64,000 nt of DNA from a virus (lineage: Duplodnaviria; Caudoviricetes). The notes under the pieces are model-generated. The model did no database searches, was not told where the DNA came from, and saw only the letters and a program-made list of their open reading frames with translations. The translations under genes and the position numbers were made by a program. Position 1 is the stretch's first letter. Each line of letters starts with the position of its first letter. The stretch covers positions 1 to 64,000 of the IMG/VR virus record IMGVR_UViG_3300033463_000005; one strand, 5' to 3'. Shown piece after piece: positions 61,324 to 64,000 of this stretch.

Positions 61324-61518
61324 ATGGCAGTTGCTAATACCGCGCCATTGGTATTTGACTTACCAGATGGAGACCATGCTGAATTGTACACATGGGAAGG
61401 AATTGTATATAAGCTCACAGATTTCATGAATCGTTTATCGACTGCAGAAGAAACTGTGAATGAATCTTTGTTACAGATTGAAGCGAAGATTGATACGTGG
61501 ATTGACGATCAATCTTAA
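61324..61518 (+). CDS. Small late protein
   Basis: GAAAGGAG RBS; late-type promoter at 61286. Confidence 0.7.
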   Translation: MAVANTAPLVFDLPDGDHAELYTWEGIVYKLTDFMNRLSTAEETVNESLLQIEAKIDTWIDDQS

Positions 61519-61539
61519 TTTTTATAAGGAGATGATTTT

Positions 61540-61935
61540 ATGGATCAGATTTTTGAGAGATTGGTATCTGCAATTGAAACGCAGCAGCAAATCATCAAAC
61601 GTCTCGCAGATAAAATAGATCTGATTGAAAGTATCGGCGGAGGAGGTGGAGGTTCCGCATCCATCGAAGATTATGAATCTGGAAAAGATTATACCAGAAA
61701 TATGTTGATTGTTGATCCGAATACAGAAACAGTTTATCGTGTTCTATCAGAATATACATCTGAAACTGTTGAAGATGATATTGCGAATGGATACTTGAAA
61801 CTGGTTGGATATGAATCACAAGTTATCACATTCTCACATCAACCTTCACAAACAGAAATTGAGACATTGCCGGATGATGCATTGGTTGCTGTGTATTCTC
61901 CGACTGATACACCGTATTCACCAGATTCACAATAA
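61540..61935 (+). CDS. Small virion/tail-associated protein
   Basis: Coiled coil, GGGGGS linker, then YESGKDY...VYRVLSEYTS (small beta carbohydrate-binding-like module). Confidence 0.6.
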   Translation: MDQIFERLVSAIETQQQIIKRLADKIDLIESIGGGGGGSASIEDYESGKDYTRNMLIVDPNTETVYRVLSEYTSETVEDDIANGYLKLVGYESQVITFSHQPSQTEIETLPDDALVAVYSPTDTPYSPDSQ

Positions 61936-61949
61936 TGGTGGTGATATAA

Positions 61950-64000
61950 ATGGCAAGATTTTTAGGATATGCAAATCATATCTGGAAAGAACATCAATCC
62001 TTCACATATACCGGTGTACCACAATCTTTCACATTACAACCCGGCACATATTTGTTGACATGTGGTGGTGCACAAGGTGGGCATACATTTGCTGCTGATA
62101 GTGGTGATGATACAACCCGCACAACAGGTATTGGTGGTGTTTCATATGGTATCATTCAATTGAATGAATCAAAAACACTACAAGCATATGTGGGTGGGGA
62201 TGGTGAGAATAGTTATGCAGCAACACGTACATATGGGCGTGGTGGCTGGAATGGTGGTGGAGATGGTGCTCCATCTTATCATGCATTAAATACATCACCA
62301 ACTTATCCATATGATTTTGGTGCAGGTGGTGGCGGTGCATCTGATATTCGTTTATTATCTGAAGATGATGTGCCCGTTACATTTCAACCAACATTACCAG
62401 ATGAATATCAACAAGTTGAATACTTGGATACAACAAATGTGACCCAATATTTGAATACTGGTTGGACACCCACTTCAACTGATACTATCGAGACAAAAAT
62501 ATCATTTGCATCTGATATCGCATCTTCACAATCTGTATGCGGTGTGAATGTACCTTCATCAGTATGGAATTTCAATATTAAAAATGAAACAATTGCGACA
62601 ACAGATCCATTGATTCCAAATATGACATCTAACTCTGATCAGATTGGTATCATCACATATGGTGGTGGATACTGTTATGGTTCATTTGGATATATTGAAC
62701 CATGGAATGCATTCGATGGTAATACATCAACAAGTGTATATTATAAAGATTATGATGTGACAAATGGTTGGTTACAATATGAATTCCGAACTGCAAAATC
62801 GATTGCAACAATTGTTGCAAGAATGAGCAGTAGTTCAGGTCCAACAGACGTTTCATTATATGTATATGATGAAAATGATACGGAAACATTGATTGAAACA
62901 AAATCCATTTCATCAACAGCAGACTATACATTTACATTGAATCAAATCGTAAAACGATTTAAATTTGTATATGGATATTCATCATGGAATCAGAATTGTT
63001 TCACATATACTGTGCAAGCATATGCAATGACAGATATGATTCAACCAATGGTTCAGAATATTTATGGCTCTGGAACGGCATCATTTATAAATACTGGCAT
63101 TCCCGCAAATACACCCGCAATTTACAAGATAACACCAACCAACATAGTCGTTGATGATATTACTGTTGATACCGAAACGACAACTGGTTCTGTTGCAAAT
63201 TCACCAATGGGACTATTTGCAACACGTTCAAATGATTCACCCGCGGTATATTCCAATCCATTCCATGGTAAGTTATACTTCTTCCGGGCTATCAGTTATA
63301 AAACGAATGCTCAATTTGTATGTGATCCCGGGTTTTATTTCGATTCCCCTGTATCATGTGTCATTGCTGGACGAACTTTTACATCCACTGGAACTTCACC
63401 AATTATTGCATTCGTTGTTCATATGAATGGATATAGTGCAATGCAAATTATATCTACTGATCGTAATAGTGTGCAATATACATGTTCATTTGGATCAAAT
63501 AATATTGTTAACGCATCAGTTGAATATAAAGGGATGACATTTTATTGGGGTGACATAGATTATTCAATGGAGGGTGAATATTATGATGATTCATCTGGAA
63601 ATTTGCAAACCTATCCTGGATCACTCGAATATTCATCTGGTGCCACACCATCTGCAATTTTACAAGTATTGGAATCATTGCATGTCAAACCCGCGTCAGA
63701 TGAGAATATAAAAAAATGTGAATTGATTCCTTGTTATCGAAAATCTGATCATGTTCCTGGAATGTATGACACTGTATCTGAACAATTTATCACGGGTGAA
63801 GTATTTGGTGTTACATTTGGAATTGGTCCAGAAGGAACATATGAAATCCCCATACCACTATCACAAACTACTGAATCATATCAACATAAACAGTCATTGT
63901 TATCTCGTATCATTGTTGCAGGTGGTGCTGGTGGTGGTTCTAAATGCGCAGGAAATGCAGCTGTTGATTATAATCGACCTGATATTTGCAACTATGGTGG
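61950..64000 (+). CDS. Tail fibre/receptor-binding protein with glycine-rich domain and lectin-like insertions (truncated by the window end)
   Basis: Open frame from ATG 61950 to the window end, translated by hand; FTYTG.PQSFTLQPGTY, GAQGG, YVGG, GWNGGG, GGGGASDIR ... SRIIVAGGAGGG. Confidence 0.8.
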   Translation, partial: MARFLGYANHIWKEHQSFTYTGVPQSFTLQPGTYLLTCGGAQGGHTFAADSGDDTTRTTGIGGVSYGIIQLNESKTLQAYVGGDGENSYAATRTYGRGGWNGGGDGAPSYHALNTSPTYPYDFGAGGGGASDIRLLSEDDVPVTFQPTLPDEYQQVEYLDTTNVTQYLNTGWTPTSTDTIETKISFASDIASSQSVCGVNVPSSVWNFNIKNETIATTDPLIPNMTSNSDQIGIITYGGGYCYGSFGYIEPWNAFDGNTSTSVYYKDYDVTNGWLQYEFRTAKSIATIVARMSSSSGPTDVSLYVYDENDTETLIETKSISSTADYTFTLNQIVKRFKFVYGYSSWNQNCFTYTVQAYAMTDMIQPMVQNIYGSGTASFINTGIPANTPAIYKITPTNIVVDDITVDTETTTGSVANSPMGLFATRSNDSPAVYSNPFHGKLYFFRAISYKTNAQFVCDPGFYFDSPVSCVIAGRTFTSTGTSPIIAFVVHMNGYSAMQIISTDRNSVQYTCSFGSNNIVNASVEYKGMTFYWGDIDYSMEGEYYDDSSGNLQTYPGSLEYSSGATPSAILQVLESLHVKPASDENIKKCELIPCYRKSDHVPGMYDTVSEQFITGEVFGVTFGIGPEGTYEIPIPLSQTTESYQHKQSLLSRIIVAGGAGGGSKCAGNAAVDYNRPDICNYG

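Noticed and set aside
1-64000. CRISPR array, tRNA or rRNA genes
   Set aside because: No regularly spaced direct repeats, cloverleaf or rRNA-like sequence seen by eye. tRNAscan-SE would be the proper check.
1-64000. Chimallin / phage nucleus
   Set aside because: A PhuZ-like tubulin is present, but no ORF here is recognisable as chimallin. Nucleus formation cannot be claimed from this window.
1-64000. Stop-codon reassignment
   Set aside because: Genes are full length in the standard code. Apparent gaps are explained by two introns and two genes truncated by the window edges.

Overview
64 kb of an AT-rich jumbo myophage genome of the phiKZ/AR9(PBS1)-like type. Strong AAGGAGG ribosome-binding sites suggest a Firmicutes host (inference). 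Core genes: three split multisubunit RNA polymerase subunits, terminase, portal, tail sheath and tube, baseplate-type proteins, a PhuZ-like tubulin, a GroEL-like chaperonin, an SbcC-like ATPase, GyrB, and two helicases each interrupted by a group I intron (one carrying an HNH endonuclease). Two promoter classes are readable by eye: TATAT-N-ATT-N4-TG (15 copies, early type) and NAC(A/G)-N6-TA (AR9-late-like). There is also a family of GGGGGC-loop-GCCCCC terminators. The most unusual signal is an apparent RNA-level control layer. (i) Three structured intergenic RNAs start at late-type promoters and each carries the complement of a Shine-Dalgarno...AUG region. (ii) One of them has a perfect 22-nt antisense match to the linker between two hairpins in an early mRNA 16 kb away. 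(iii) Several early operons have coding sequences tiled with long perfect hairpins. Also notable: three prion-like Q/P/Y/G proteins, several apparently dead enzymes, and a tail-fibre gene with nested domains. All calls come from reading motifs; no searches or folding programs were run.
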